Below are positions 1 through 9,411 of a DNA stretch of 64,000 nt, piece by piece (the first letter of the stretch is position 1; every line of letters begins with the position of its first letter). The DNA comes from Candidatus Latescibacterota bacterium. Its GTDB lineage: Bacteria > Latescibacterota > UBA2968 > UBA8231. Position numbers and translations under genes: made by a program. The notes under the pieces were generated by a model. The model did not search any database. It saw nothing but the letters and a program-made list of their open reading frames with translations, and was not told the DNA's origin. The stretch is taken from NCBI GenBank assembly GCA_965206595.1, contig OZ242214.1, positions 4,576,001 through 4,640,000 of the forward strand, read 5' to 3'.

Positions 1-757
1 CGATCTGGAAAATGTCCCCCGCAACGATGTAGTCGAGGCAGCGACGCACGCATTCGACGTAACGCTCTCGGGTCATGTTCGACACCACCCTGGGTGCACG
101 GCCGCCCCCCCGCAAGGAGGGCGGCGGACCCGGCTGAGCCAACATCGCTTCGAGACGCTCGATGCGGGCAACCGAGTCGCGGTACGCCTCTTCGGGGGAG
201 GCGTTGCGGAGGTCGGCGTGCGCAATCAGCAACACCGTGTGTCGCAGATTGTCGAAGGCCAGCACCGTGTCGAAGAGGGCGAACACCATGTCGTCGAGCT
301 GCAGAGCGTCGCTGCCGCTGTCCGGGATGTCCTCGACGAGGCGGATGCCGTCGTACCCCAGATAGCCCACCGCGCCCCCGGTGAAGCGCGGCAGCCCGGG
401 CACGCGCACCGGCTCGTAAGCGGCCATCAGCTGCTTGAATTCCGCGATCGCGTCGCCGCGTTTCCGCTCAACGGCGCCGGTGCGGCAGTTTTCGACGGCG
501 ATGGCGTCGCTGCGCGAGCGGAAAACCGCTGTCGGATCGATGCCGATGAAGGAATATCTCGCAGCGCGTTCCCCTCCTTCGACGCTCTCGAGCAGAAAGC
601 TGTGCTCGCTTTCCCGGCGCAGTTTCATGTACGCCGACACCGGCGTTTCGGTATCGGCAAGGATCTCCTTGAAAACGGGAATGACGTTTCCCCGCGATGC
701 CATGTGGCGGAACTCGTCCGCCGCGGGCGCGATCTCGTGTTCCGATTGGGCATGCAT
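1..757 (-). CDS. trpE: Anthranilate synthase component I (runs off the window start)
   Basis: Not in the ORF track. Manual translation from ATG 757 gives MHAQSEHEIAPAADEFRHMASRGNVIPVFKEILADTETPVSAYMKL...FLLESVEGGERAARYSFIG, then GGAVGYLGYD and YIVAGDIFQI, all TrpE hallmarks. Confidence 0.93.
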   Translation of the reverse strand, partial: MHAQSEHEIAPAADEFRHMASRGNVIPVFKEILADTETPVSAYMKLRRESEHSFLLESVEGGERAARYSFIGIDPTAVFRSRSDAIAVENCRTGAVERKRGDAIAEFKQLMAAYEPVRVPGLPRFTGGAVGYLGYDGIRLVEDIPDSGSDALQLDDMVFALFDTVLAFDNLRHTVLLIAHADLRNASPEEAYRDSVARIERLEAMLAQPGPPPSLRGGGRAPRVVSNMTRERYVECVRRCLDYIVAGDIFQI

Positions 758-838
758 CGAAGTGCTCTTCAGGTGGCTTTGGCTTCGGTTTTTTTGTGTA
801 ACGGCTCTGCTGCCCGGCTGCTCAGGTCGGGGTCCGGC

Positions 839-871
839 AAAAAAAAACCGCGGACGCTGATGCGTCCGCGG
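839..871 (-). terminator. Intrinsic attenuator terminator upstream of trpE
   Basis: Perfect 10-bp stem CCGCGGACGC (848-857) / GCGTCCGCGG (862-871), 4-nt loop, followed on the minus strand by 9 U (A-run 839-847). Confidence 0.92.
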
Positions 872-893
872 CGACTCTTCGATATTTGTTGTG

Positions 894-1004
894 TCAGGCC
901 CCGGCGGGCCATCTGGTGGACGCATCCATTTCGCGCTTGTGATATCGGAACCGCCACCAGTAGCGGCGGCCTGCGATCAAACCTGCGTCCATGAGTCTCG
1001 TCAT
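894..1004 (-). CDS. trpL: Trp attenuator leader peptide, 36 aa: MTRLMDAGLIAGRRYWWRFRYHKREMDASTRWPAGA
   Basis: Short ORF with tandem TGG TGG (959-954), CAGGTG RBS-like sequence before ATG 1004 (alternative ATG 992), located between the promoter and the terminator of trpE. Confidence 0.85.
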   Translation of the reverse strand: MTRLMDAGLIAGRRYWWRFRYHKREMDASTRWPAGA

Positions 1005-1025
1005 TTCGTCACCTGCAACGGAGGT

Positions 1026-1054
1026 ATTCTAGGCCGCCGTTTTGAAACTGTCAA
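1026..1054 (-). promoter_or_regulatory. Sigma70-type promoter of the trp leader
   Basis: Minus strand TTGACA (1054-1049), 17-nt spacer, TAGAAT (1031-1026). Confidence 0.8.
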
Positions 1055-1082
1055 CAGCCTGGCCGGCCATTCCGGCTTGCGC

Positions 1083-1871
1083 CTATTGCTCTTCGTCGCC
1101 GACCGAAACGGTCTCGATCTCGAGATCCTCGCGAAGTGCGATGCGGTCGACCTGACCGTCGGAGATCCAGACGACGCGGTCCGATACGCTGAGCATCTTG
1201 TGATCGTGGGTCGCCGAAATCACGGTAACTCCCGATGTCTGGTTCATGGAGCGCAGCAGCTCGATGATTTCGGTGCCGGTACGGAGATCGAGGTTGGCTG
1301 TCGGCTCGTCGGCGAGCACGACGGCCGGATCGTTGGCCAGGGCGCGGGCGACGGCGACGCGCTGCTGCTGGCCGCCGGAGAGCTCGAAGGGTTTGTGCGA
1401 ATGCCGGTCTCCCAGGCCCACCTTGCCGAGAAGGTCCATGCCCTTGTCGCGGGATTCGTCGCTGGTGAGGCCGGCGAAGACCATGGGAAGAGTCACGTTT
1501 TCGAGCGCCGTCATCACCGGAATCAGGTTGAAGGACTGAAAGATGTAGCCGATCTTGCGGCAGCGCAGCCAAGCGAGCTCATATGCGTCGAGTTGGGCGA
1601 CGTCCACTTCGTCGATGTAAACCTTGCCTTCCGACGGCTTGTCGAGTCCGCCGACCATGTTGAAGAGAGTGCTCTTTCCGGAACCGGAGGGCCCCATGAT
1701 GGACATGTACTCGCCGGAGTAGATCTCGAGATCCACCCCCCGCAAGGCGTGCACCTCCGTCGCCCCCATCTGGTACATCTTCTTGACCTTCTGAGTGCGC
1801 ACGACGGTGCGCTTCTCTTCGGCGGTCGTCACGCCTGCGTCGACAGCTGCCAGGGTATCTTCGCTTGCCAT
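1083..1871 (-). CDS. ABC transporter ATP-binding protein (LolD/MacB-like)
   Basis: Walker A GPSGSGKS, signature LSGGQQQRV, Walker B LADEPTANLD, H-loop ATHD. Confidence 0.93.
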   Translation of the reverse strand: MASEDTLAAVDAGVTTAEEKRTVVRTQKVKKMYQMGATEVHALRGVDLEIYSGEYMSIMGPSGSGKSTLFNMVGGLDKPSEGKVYIDEVDVAQLDAYELAWLRCRKIGYIFQSFNLIPVMTALENVTLPMVFAGLTSDESRDKGMDLLGKVGLGDRHSHKPFELSGGQQQRVAVARALANDPAVVLADEPTANLDLRTGTEIIELLRSMNQTSGVTVISATHDHKMLSVSDRVVWISDGQVDRIALREDLEIETVSVGDEEQ

Positions 1872-1902
1872 GAATAGTCTCGTCGGTGATAGGCGGAGAG
1901 GC

Positions 1903-2607
1903 TCAGGTGTCGGAGCGCATCGCTTCGACAGGCTCCATCTTCGCCGCCTTGTAGGCCGGCAACATGGCGCCGATGAGAGACAGCAGCGTTCCGCAGACGA
2001 TCGCAGCGCCGCCGGACCGCACGACGTCGATCGTCGGAAAATAATCGAAGACGAATTCGCCGTAGTCGAAGAGGGCGAGAAGAACAGTCAACAGGAGGCC
2101 GATGAGGATACCGGCGACGGTGCCCGCAGCTCCCTGGAACGTCGATTCGAGCAGAAACAGCTTGATGATGAAGGAGTCGAGAGCGCCGAGACACTTCATC
2201 GTACCGATCTCGCGGAATCGCTCCGTCACCGACATCAGCATGGCGTTGGCGATGCCGACGACGCAGACCAGAAGCGACAGGCTTATCAGCCAGGTCTGCT
2301 TGGAGCGCTCTTCCGCAATTCGCGCCTGGGCTTCGCTGGAAGCCTCGGCCATCTCGGCGGTCACCGTCTCGATGCCGTTCTTCTGCAACAGCAGGTTCAG
2401 TTCGCTCTTGTTGGCATCGCGCATGCTGGCGACGAGGTCGTTGCTGCTCCACACCGACATCAGGAAGGCAATGGCCAGCACTATGCCGCTGGTGGTTATC
2501 AGCGAACGGCCGAAGCGGATTTTGAGGCTGCGCAGGCTGATCTCGATCGCCTTGCTGAACGGAAGGACGATCTCGCGCCCCCCTGCTATCTGGATGCTCT
2601 GTGTCAT
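1903..2607 (-). CDS. FtsX-like ABC permease
   Basis: GIANAMLMSVTERFREIGTMKCLGA motif, about 4 TM segments, C-terminal PAYKAAKMEPVEAMR. Confidence 0.88.
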   Translation of the reverse strand: MTQSIQIAGGREIVLPFSKAIEISLRSLKIRFGRSLITTSGIVLAIAFLMSVWSSNDLVASMRDANKSELNLLLQKNGIETVTAEMAEASSEAQARIAEERSKQTWLISLSLLVCVVGIANAMLMSVTERFREIGTMKCLGALDSFIIKLFLLESTFQGAAGTVAGILIGLLLTVLLALFDYGEFVFDYFPTIDVVRSGGAAIVCGTLLSLIGAMLPAYKAAKMEPVEAMRSDT

Positions 2608-2777
2608 TTCAGGACCATGATTTCGGCAAGCTGCTCAACATCTTTCGGTGTAATTGACTAGCGAACGTTGGACTCGTCAAGTCAATCCGGCATTCGGCAC
2701 GCGATCCGGCGAGCCGTGCCGGACGCGTTTTCCCGGATCCACTGGTGGTTGAGGTGCGGTTTCACCGCCCGGAGCCA

Positions 2778-4517
2778 CTATCCTCTGGAGCGGATTTCGA
2801 CCAGCGGCAAGTCGTCCATCGATTGCGGTTCGATTTCCCCGGCCAGACGGGGGAAAGAGGCCGGCACCATACGCACGTGGACGGAGCGCATCCCGCGGCC
2901 CCCGAGAGGTTTGAGCGAGTGGGATATGGTCGCCGACGTGAAGATGACTTCGTCGACCGAGTACTCGGCGACGAGCTCCTCCAACTGGTCAATTGAACCG
3001 ACGATCTGGATGCCTTCGAGGACGCGGCCGGCACTGTCTCTGTCCGGACCGACGACGCCGATCAGTTCGCAGTCGAGGTAGTTCGTCTTGCGGAAGTAGT
3101 CGAGCAATTCCCGGGCGCTTTCGTCCACTCCCACCACCAGTGTGCGCCTGCCCTTGCGGACGTGGCGCGACTGGAGCAGCCGGCGCCAACCGATACGCCA
3201 GCCGGCTACCAGAATCGTGTTGAAGACCCACGCCGCTCCCACTGCCAGCCGCGAAAAATTGTAGGCCTTGAAAAAAAAGACGCTGGTCACGATGACGGCG
3301 AATCCGAGGGCGACCCCGGCGACCGCCCAGGCTGCGGAGAGGCGGCGGCGGTCGTACAGCCCAACGAGGAAAAACGAGGATACCCAGATGAAGGTTGGAA
3401 GCGCGTGGAGCACCTGCCATTCCATGTCGCTGTACGGAGGCGGAGTCAGCCAGCGCGTCGGATTGACGTCGAGGGCGATGCGATTGGCGATCGCTTCGAG
3501 GTCGCCAATCAGCGGCATCGCCTCGGGATGGTAACGTACGGCCAGCCCCAGTTTCAGGCCGAGGAGAACCAGTAGCGCATCGAGCGCCGGCACGGTCAGG
3601 CGGCGGGCAAGGGGGCCGAGGAAGGAGAACAGTCCGTACAAGAGGATGCCGAGGTTCAGCAGCAGCAGGGGTGAGAGGCGGTAGCGCTGCTTCAGGTGCT
3701 TGCGCACGAAAATCGCCATCGCCTCGTTCTTCCGGTACTGGGTGCGCATCTCGACCTTCTTGCCGCTCTCCCCCCTGAAATGGATGATCTCGGTGTCCGG
3801 CACGTAGTAGATCTTCCACCCTGCCTGCTGCATGCGGTAACACCAGTCGATGTCCTCTCCATACATGAAGTAGTCTTCGTCGAGGGGGCCGACCTCGTCG
3901 ATGACGCGACGGCGCACCATCATGCAGGAGCCGGAGAGGGCGTCGACTTCGCTGACCTGCTCTTCGTCGAGGTAGGTCAGGTTGTAGCGGCCGAACCGGC
4001 GGCTGTCGGGAAACAACCGGCTCAGGCCGCTGAGCTTGTAGAAGGCGGCCATCGGCGTCGGGAAACTTCGCCGCGACTCCAGCTGCAGGGTGCCGTCGGG
4101 ATTGAGAATTTTGCAGCCCGCGGCCGCCGCCTCGGGATGATCGTCGAGAAACTGCACCAGGCAGCGGAGGGTGTCGGGGCGCACGATGGTATCGGAGTTC
4201 AGGAGCAGGGCGTAGCGCCCGCGCGAGCGCCGGAAGGCGATGTTGTTGGCCGCGGCGAAGCCGAGGTTGCGCTCGTTCCGGATCAGCTCGACCTCGGGGA
4301 ATTTCCGCTCCACCATCTCGACGCTGTCGTCGCGGGAGGCGTTGTCGACTACGATCACCTCCACCTCCAGCCCGGCGGAGGCCTCCAGTACCGTGCGCAG
4401 CGTCTGCTCCATCAGGTCGCGCGTGTTGTAGCTCGGTACAACCACGGTGAGATCGATTTCAGGGGCCTGGACGCCCCGCCCGCCACGGGCGGCTTCCCTG
4501 CCGACGGTATCAGTCAT
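2778..4517 (-). CDS. GT2 glycosyltransferase fused to a membrane domain and a Rossmann-like (WcaJ N-terminal-like) domain
   Basis: VVVPSYN, VVDNASRD, LLLNSD, YFMYGEDIDW motifs; C-terminal TM helices and TLVVG...LIGVV domain. Start set at ATG 4517, which overlaps the upstream stop (ATGA). Confidence 0.85.
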   Translation of the reverse strand: MTDTVGREAARGGRGVQAPEIDLTVVVPSYNTRDLMEQTLRTVLEASAGLEVEVIVVDNASRDDSVEMVERKFPEVELIRNERNLGFAAANNIAFRRSRGRYALLLNSDTIVRPDTLRCLVQFLDDHPEAAAAGCKILNPDGTLQLESRRSFPTPMAAFYKLSGLSRLFPDSRRFGRYNLTYLDEEQVSEVDALSGSCMMVRRRVIDEVGPLDEDYFMYGEDIDWCYRMQQAGWKIYYVPDTEIIHFRGESGKKVEMRTQYRKNEAMAIFVRKHLKQRYRLSPLLLLNLGILLYGLFSFLGPLARRLTVPALDALLVLLGLKLGLAVRYHPEAMPLIGDLEAIANRIALDVNPTRWLTPPPYSDMEWQVLHALPTFIWVSSFFLVGLYDRRRLSAAWAVAGVALGFAVIVTSVFFFKAYNFSRLAVGAAWVFNTILVAGWRIGWRRLLQSRHVRKGRRTLVVGVDESARELLDYFRKTNYLDCELIGVVGPDRDSAGRVLEGIQIVGSIDQLEELVAEYSVDEVIFTSATISHSLKPLGGRGMRSVHVRMVPASFPRLAGEIEPQSMDDLPLVEIRSRG

Positions 4518-5245
4518 GCTCCGCCCTTTCCTGGAATCCTTCCGAACATCCGGGAAAGCCCGAAGACCAGTATCTGCTTGGCGAACAGCAGGTACTCGCG
4601 AGAGTCGAGCTTGCTGGCGCTGAACTGGCGGTTGCGGAACACGAACGGGGTCGATCGATGCGAGGCGTACCTGCCTTTCATCAGAATCTCCAGCAGGATC
4701 TTGTAACCTCCGGAGGTCAGCTCGAATTCCCCGTCGATGACCTCGCGGCGCAGGAAGAAGTATCCCGACAGGGGGTCCTCGACTCCGGTGATCAACCGCG
4801 CCGCGCCCACCCCCACCAGGGAGATCATCTTCCGGTGCAGCGCCCACCTTTCGACCTCGCTGGTTTCGCCGAAACGACTGCCCATGGTCAGGTCGTGCTC
4901 GCGCAGACCGCGAATCAACTCCGGCAGGATCGCCGGATCGTGGCTGAGGTCGGCGTCGATTACGCCGAGGAAGGGCCGCTCGCTCCGGGCGAATCCCGCC
5001 ATTACCGCGGAGCCGAGACCGAGCTTGCCGCTCCGGTGCACGACTTTGACCGGGTAATGGTCCCTGAGCGCTTCGGCCGCCTCACCGGTGCCGTCGGGGG
5101 AGTTGTCGTCCACGACGATCAGCTCGAGATCGATGTCGTCTGCTCCGGCCAGCACCGCGAACAGCTCCTCGGCGAGCAGGGCGATGTTCTCGCGCTCGTT
5201 GTAGGTCGGGGTGATCAGCGAAACGCTGAATTCAGCGTGCGACAT
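4514..5245 (-). CDS. Polyprenol-phosphate glycosyltransferase (DPM1-like GT2)
   Basis: ITPTYNERENI, VVDDNSPDGT, IDADLSHDP, DPLSGYF motifs. Confidence 0.9.
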   Translation of the reverse strand: MSHAEFSVSLITPTYNERENIALLAEELFAVLAGADDIDLELIVVDDNSPDGTGEAAEALRDHYPVKVVHRSGKLGLGSAVMAGFARSERPFLGVIDADLSHDPAILPELIRGLREHDLTMGSRFGETSEVERWALHRKMISLVGVGAARLITGVEDPLSGYFFLRREVIDGEFELTSGGYKILLEILMKGRYASHRSTPFVFRNRQFSASKLDSREYLLFAKQILVFGLSRMFGRIPGKGGA

Positions 5246-6146
5246 CGGAGAAGATATCCTCGAATTCGGCGCGGAAGCAGGGTTCGGCTCTCATCTCGTC
5301 CAATCCGGCGCACAGGCCCAGCATGGGGCGTTCCAGCTCGGCCTCTGTTTTCGCGGTCTTCAGGCCAGAGCGCAGCGGCCGCTCGGCGAGCTGGCCGATT
5401 GCCGTTGTGGGAACGGAGACAATCCCCCCGGTATCGAACCCGAAGGTGGATGCGAGTTTTTCGACCAGCTCGAGGCGGGTCATGAAGTCGGCGCCCCCCA
5501 CGTGGTAGAGCCCGTGGCAATCCCTTCTGCACAGGTCGAGAATGGCGCGCGCAAGGTCGGGTGCGAACGTCGGGTTGCCCCATTGGTCGTCGGCGATTCT
5601 GAGGGTGGCCCCGCGGGCGAAGGAGTGCAATGGCCAGGTGACGAGATTGCGGCGCACCCCGGGGGCATGGCCGTAGAGCCACAAGGTGCGCACGACCAGA
5701 CCCGCGGGATCCCCCGCGAGGGCGACCCGCTCGCTCTCGAGCTTGATGCGCCCATAGTGGGACAGCGGGTTGGGCTCGTCCGCCTCGGAGTATGGTCCGC
5801 CGCGGCCGTCGAAGACGTAATCCGTCGACAGCTGCACGAGCCTGGTCCCCGCAGCCGTACAGACCGCGGCAAGGACTTTGACGAGCCCGAGGTTGATCCG
5901 GCGGGCGCGGTCGGGGTCCGCTTCGCAGCCGTCGACGTCGGTCCAGGCCGCGGTGTGGATCACCCAGTCCGGTGACGTGCCGGCGATCAGGTTCTCTACC
6001 GCGGCGGCGTCCGCGAGGTCGATCCGGTGATAGGCCGGGCCGACCGGCTCCTCCCGGCGACCGCAGGATATCAGCTCGACACCGCCGGCCGCCTGCAACA
6101 GCGACCTGCCGAGCAGGCCGTGGGCGCCTGTGACGAGAACCTTCAC
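5232..6146 (-). CDS. rfbD: dTDP-4-dehydrorhamnose reductase family SDR
   Basis: VTGAHGLLG, HTAAWTDVDGCE, STDYVFDG, YGRIK (YxxxK), DQWGNPT. Confidence 0.88.
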   Translation of the reverse strand: MKVLVTGAHGLLGRSLLQAAGGVELISCGRREEPVGPAYHRIDLADAAAVENLIAGTSPDWVIHTAAWTDVDGCEADPDRARRINLGLVKVLAAVCTAAGTRLVQLSTDYVFDGRGGPYSEADEPNPLSHYGRIKLESERVALAGDPAGLVVRTLWLYGHAPGVRRNLVTWPLHSFARGATLRIADDQWGNPTFAPDLARAILDLCRRDCHGLYHVGGADFMTRLELVEKLASTFGFDTGGIVSVPTTAIGQLAERPLRSGLKTAKTEAELERPMLGLCAGLDEMRAEPCFRAEFEDIFSDVAR

Positions 6147-7681
6147 GGCTGGGCTCCGCTCATCTGCGCCCGGCGCACCATGGCCGCGGCGAACCCTGCG
6201 TGGGTGCGGGAGGCGGAGCCGGCGATTCGCGCCGCCGCGGCGACCGCTGCGGCATCGTCCAGTCTGCCGCGGTCGAGGTAGACCTCGACCGCGATGGCGT
6301 TCCCGGAAGGATGGATGTCATCCTCGAAGGGAATCTGCTCCTCCCAGACGGGCAGTGGGGCGCTGGCGGGCAAGACGTCCCTGAAGCCGCCGGCCCGGTA
6401 ATCGTAGAGGTTTTCCTCGGTCCATCTCAACGTGCGTTCCGCTGCATGAAGGAAACGATCCTCCCCGCTCCACCGGTGGGCCCGCCACATGGCGCGGCTC
6501 ACCAGCAGCTGGTCCGCAAGCAGGCCGGAGGCGCAGCCGGCGAGCCTGCAGTGAACCACCCGGCCGTCCTCGTCGACCAGCGCCGCCAGCAGCGCCGCGG
6601 CCGCGCTTGCCGCCAGCTCCCCCCATTCCCGCTGCCCGAGCTGCTCGGCGGCATCGAACAGGGCGAGGAAGAGCCGGGCATTGCGGCCAGCGTATGCCGT
6701 CCGGTCCGTCCACCAGACCGCTTCCCCGGTGCCGGTCTCCACACGTACCTGGCGCCCGTGGAAAAGGCGCCGCTCGGCGTCGTAGAGCTCCCGGCGAACG
6801 AAAGCGAGTTGCGTGTCCAGAAGAGGGTTGAAAGCCTCCGGATCCGCCTCGCGGATCGCGAGCAACAGCTGCACCAGGCCGGCCTGATCGGCCGCGTCCC
6901 TGGCTCCCGACGGCGTCGTCCAGTCCGGGGTGTGGGAAAACGAGTGTATGCCACCGGCTTCGGCATCCCACATCGGGGACCGCAGCATGGTCTCGACCGT
7001 CGCCTGCCACATCTCGCGGGCCGTCTCGTCCCCGGTATATCTATTGTAGCCCAACAGGAAGTGGAGAACCAACAGCCCGGGGAACTTCCCGGAGCCGCCG
7101 AAACCCCCGTGCGCCGAGTCGTAGTCGGCGGCAACCGCGGCGAACACGTCCGCCGGGGACAGCCGGGTGCGGCCAGGATCCATCTTTACTTCAGCGGCCT
7201 TTTCAATCAGCACTTCGCGCCTTTTTTCGAAGTGGTCGACCATGTGCATCAGCCAGGTGCGCGCGTTCCGCGCCGGCAGATCGGTAGCCGTCGCTACGGC
7301 GCTGCCGTCGGGGAGGAGAAGGGCGAGGGCAGGCCAGCCGCGCGGGGCGTAGCGGCGCGCCAGGTCGGGGCGCTGAAAGGGATTCGCCCGGAAGGCGGTG
7401 AATTTCTGCTCGATCAGATAGCGCACCGAGGCGTCGTCGTTGGCGAAAACCCCGTCGGCTCCCTCGGCGGCGAAGTAGAGCAGCAGGGGAAGATCCCGAT
7501 CCTGCGCCCGCTGAAAAGTCTGCCGGTCCCAGGAGTTCCAGGGGATGCCGGCGGAATCCCTTGCCGGAGCCGCGGCCGCATCCGGCGCCCGTCCGTCCGT
7601 TGTGGCGGTGTCCTCACCGGACTGCCCGCCGCAGGCCAGCATCAGCGCCGGCAGGAACCACCAGCCCTGGGACAGGTTCAT
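6143..7681 (-). CDS. DUF255/YyaL (SPATA20)-like protein, probable lipoprotein
   Basis: IPWNSWDRQTFQRAQDRDLPLLL, QRPDLARRY..GWP, DSAHGGFGGSGKFP, DDIHPSGNA; N-terminal LMLAC lipobox. True start near 7681-7690, not 9070. Confidence 0.72.
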   Translation of the reverse strand: MNLSQGWWFLPALMLACGGQSGEDTATTDGRAPDAAAAPARDSAGIPWNSWDRQTFQRAQDRDLPLLLYFAAEGADGVFANDDASVRYLIEQKFTAFRANPFQRPDLARRYAPRGWPALALLLPDGSAVATATDLPARNARTWLMHMVDHFEKRREVLIEKAAEVKMDPGRTRLSPADVFAAVAADYDSAHGGFGGSGKFPGLLVLHFLLGYNRYTGDETAREMWQATVETMLRSPMWDAEAGGIHSFSHTPDWTTPSGARDAADQAGLVQLLLAIREADPEAFNPLLDTQLAFVRRELYDAERRLFHGRQVRVETGTGEAVWWTDRTAYAGRNARLFLALFDAAEQLGQREWGELAASAAAALLAALVDEDGRVVHCRLAGCASGLLADQLLVSRAMWRAHRWSGEDRFLHAAERTLRWTEENLYDYRAGGFRDVLPASAPLPVWEEQIPFEDDIHPSGNAIAVEVYLDRGRLDDAAAVAAAARIAGSASRTHAGFAAAMVRRAQMSGAQP

Positions 7682-7830
7682 GGCGCCCATGCCCCCTGGT
7701 GCCCCAACCCGGAAACAGCTCGAAGACATCCCACCGCGGAACAGAGTGAATCGCGGGCAGGAACGGCCCTCGGGACCGGCGAGGTATCGGCGAGACAGAA
7801 CCCCGGCTGCGATGGCACTATGTCGGCCGC

Positions 7831-9411
7831 TCACCCTTGAAATTCTAGGACGTAGGTGTCGGGGTTCTTCCGGTGCCAGACGATGCGGAAGAGATCGGGA
7901 TATTTCCCGATCGCCGGCACCAGGTAACGCGACGTCGAGGGGAAGGGAAGCTGGTCGACGACAACGAAATCCGCCCCCCTGCTGCGCAGGTCGGCGAGCA
8001 CGGTGTCGGGGTCCTTGAACTTGTAGCCGACCGTCCGCCGTCCGGACACCACGTGCATCCAGAAACCCTTGCGGCAGGAAATCACCGAGTCTGCAGGCAG
8101 GTTGTTGCGGATCCACAGGCCGGCGTCGTAGTAGCGCTGCCATCCCGGCTGATACCGCCCGCGGGCGTACCGGGCCTGGCTCTGCAGTCCGTCGAGCTGC
8201 GAGTTGAGCAGGAGCAGCAGGGCGGTGGTCCCCAGAACCGCGGAAAGCGGCCGCCCGGCGATGGCGCCGAGCCTGGTCAGGAGGTCCCCGGCGACCCGCA
8301 CGGCAAAGAACAGCAGCACCGGAATGGCGGGCAGAAGGAAGCGGTCTCCTATCCAGGGCCACAGGAACATCAGGCCCAGGAACAGCACCCCGTAAATCCA
8401 GATCAGCAGATTCTCGCGCCTGCGAATGCAGAGGAAGCTGGCGTACAAGGCGACGGCTGCGATTGCGAGAGTCACCGGGTTGAAGAGCGACTGGGCTCCA
8501 GGAAAGGAGGGCCACAGCGTCTTCGGCATTATGTGGACGAGATAGGCCTGGAGGTTGCCCCCGAGGCGTTCGAAAAAGCCGGCGGCGTCGAGGTATCCGC
8601 GGTCGGGATGATAGGGGTTCACCTGCAGAAACTGGGTCACGTACACGCCGCCGCGGCCGCTGAAATGGTTGCGCAGCGACCAGGGCAGGGCCACGGCGAA
8701 AGCCCCCGCAGCCAAGACCAGGGCGCGCCGGTACTGCCGGTCGAAGGCGAGGAAGAGCAGGACCGCGGCCACCAGCAGGACGCCGACGCTGCGGACGTAG
8801 TACGCCCACATCATGCAGATGAACCCGGCGGTCAGCCAGGGATTCGTCAGTCCCTCGCGGCAACGGGCGCCGCGCCGCACCAGGAACAGGGTTGCCAGCG
8901 AAAACAGGGTGTAGGGGATTTCCGACATCACCTGGCTGCCGTACTCGACCAGCTTGGGCTGGGCAGCGCACAGCAGGGCGGCGGCCCAGGCGGACACCTC
9001 CCCCAGGCAGTCCCTGGCGAGGAGGTAGGCAGCCACAGGAACGCCGGCGAAGAGCACGGCAACCAGCCACTTCATCGAGATGAAGTCCCGCACCGGTTCC
9101 CCGCCGCCAGCGGCATCCTGTTCAGAGCCGGGGCCGAAGATCCAGGCCAGCGGCGACAGCATCAGAGGGAAGCCGAAAGGGTACTTCGTCGCCGGCTTCA
9201 TGTCGGGGTCGTTGATGTAGTGCAGTCCCTCCCCCTGGGCCAGGGAACGGGCGAGGATGACGAACTCGGTATTGTCGCCGCTGAGAGAGAGCTTTTCGTC
9301 GAAGCACCAGGCCGCGGCGACGAACCCGACGATCCCCCAGATCGCCGCAACCGCGGTACGGCCGCGTCGCGAGCCGATAAAGGCCGCGACCGAGGTCGGT
9401 ACCGCGCTCAG
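7831..9411 (-). CDS. GT-C fold membrane glycosyltransferase (ArnT/PMT/GT39-like)
   Basis: Many TM helices, GDNTEFVILARSLAQG, YPFGFP, VMSEIPY, RFLLPAIP; start codon uncertain (near 9411). Confidence 0.75.
   Translation of the reverse strand: MSAVPTSVAAFIGSRRGRTAVAAIWGIVGFVAAAWCFDEKLSLSGDNTEFVILARSLAQGEGLHYINDPDMKPATKYPFGFPLMLSPLAWIFGPGSEQDAAGGGEPVRDFISMKWLVAVLFAGVPVAAYLLARDCLGEVSAWAAALLCAAQPKLVEYGSQVMSEIPYTLFSLATLFLVRRGARCREGLTNPWLTAGFICMMWAYYVRSVGVLLVAAVLLFLAFDRQYRRALVLAAGAFAVALPWSLRNHFSGRGGVYVTQFLQVNPYHPDRGYLDAAGFFERLGGNLQAYLVHIMPKTLWPSFPGAQSLFNPVTLAIAAVALYASFLCIRRRENLLIWIYGVLFLGLMFLWPWIGDRFLLPAIPVLLFFAVRVAGDLLTRLGAIAGRPLSAVLGTTALLLLLNSQLDGLQSQARYARGRYQPGWQRYYDAGLWIRNNLPADSVISCRKGFWMHVVSGRRTVGYKFKDPDTVLADLRSRGADFVVVDQLPFPSTSRYLVPAIGKYPDLFRIVWHRKNPDTYVLEFQG

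Noticed and set aside
6143-9070. 975-aa ORF as one giant protein
   Set aside because: The N-terminal ~460 aa are Arg/Pro-rich off-frame read-through of the GT-C gene; family-like sequence starts near 7681
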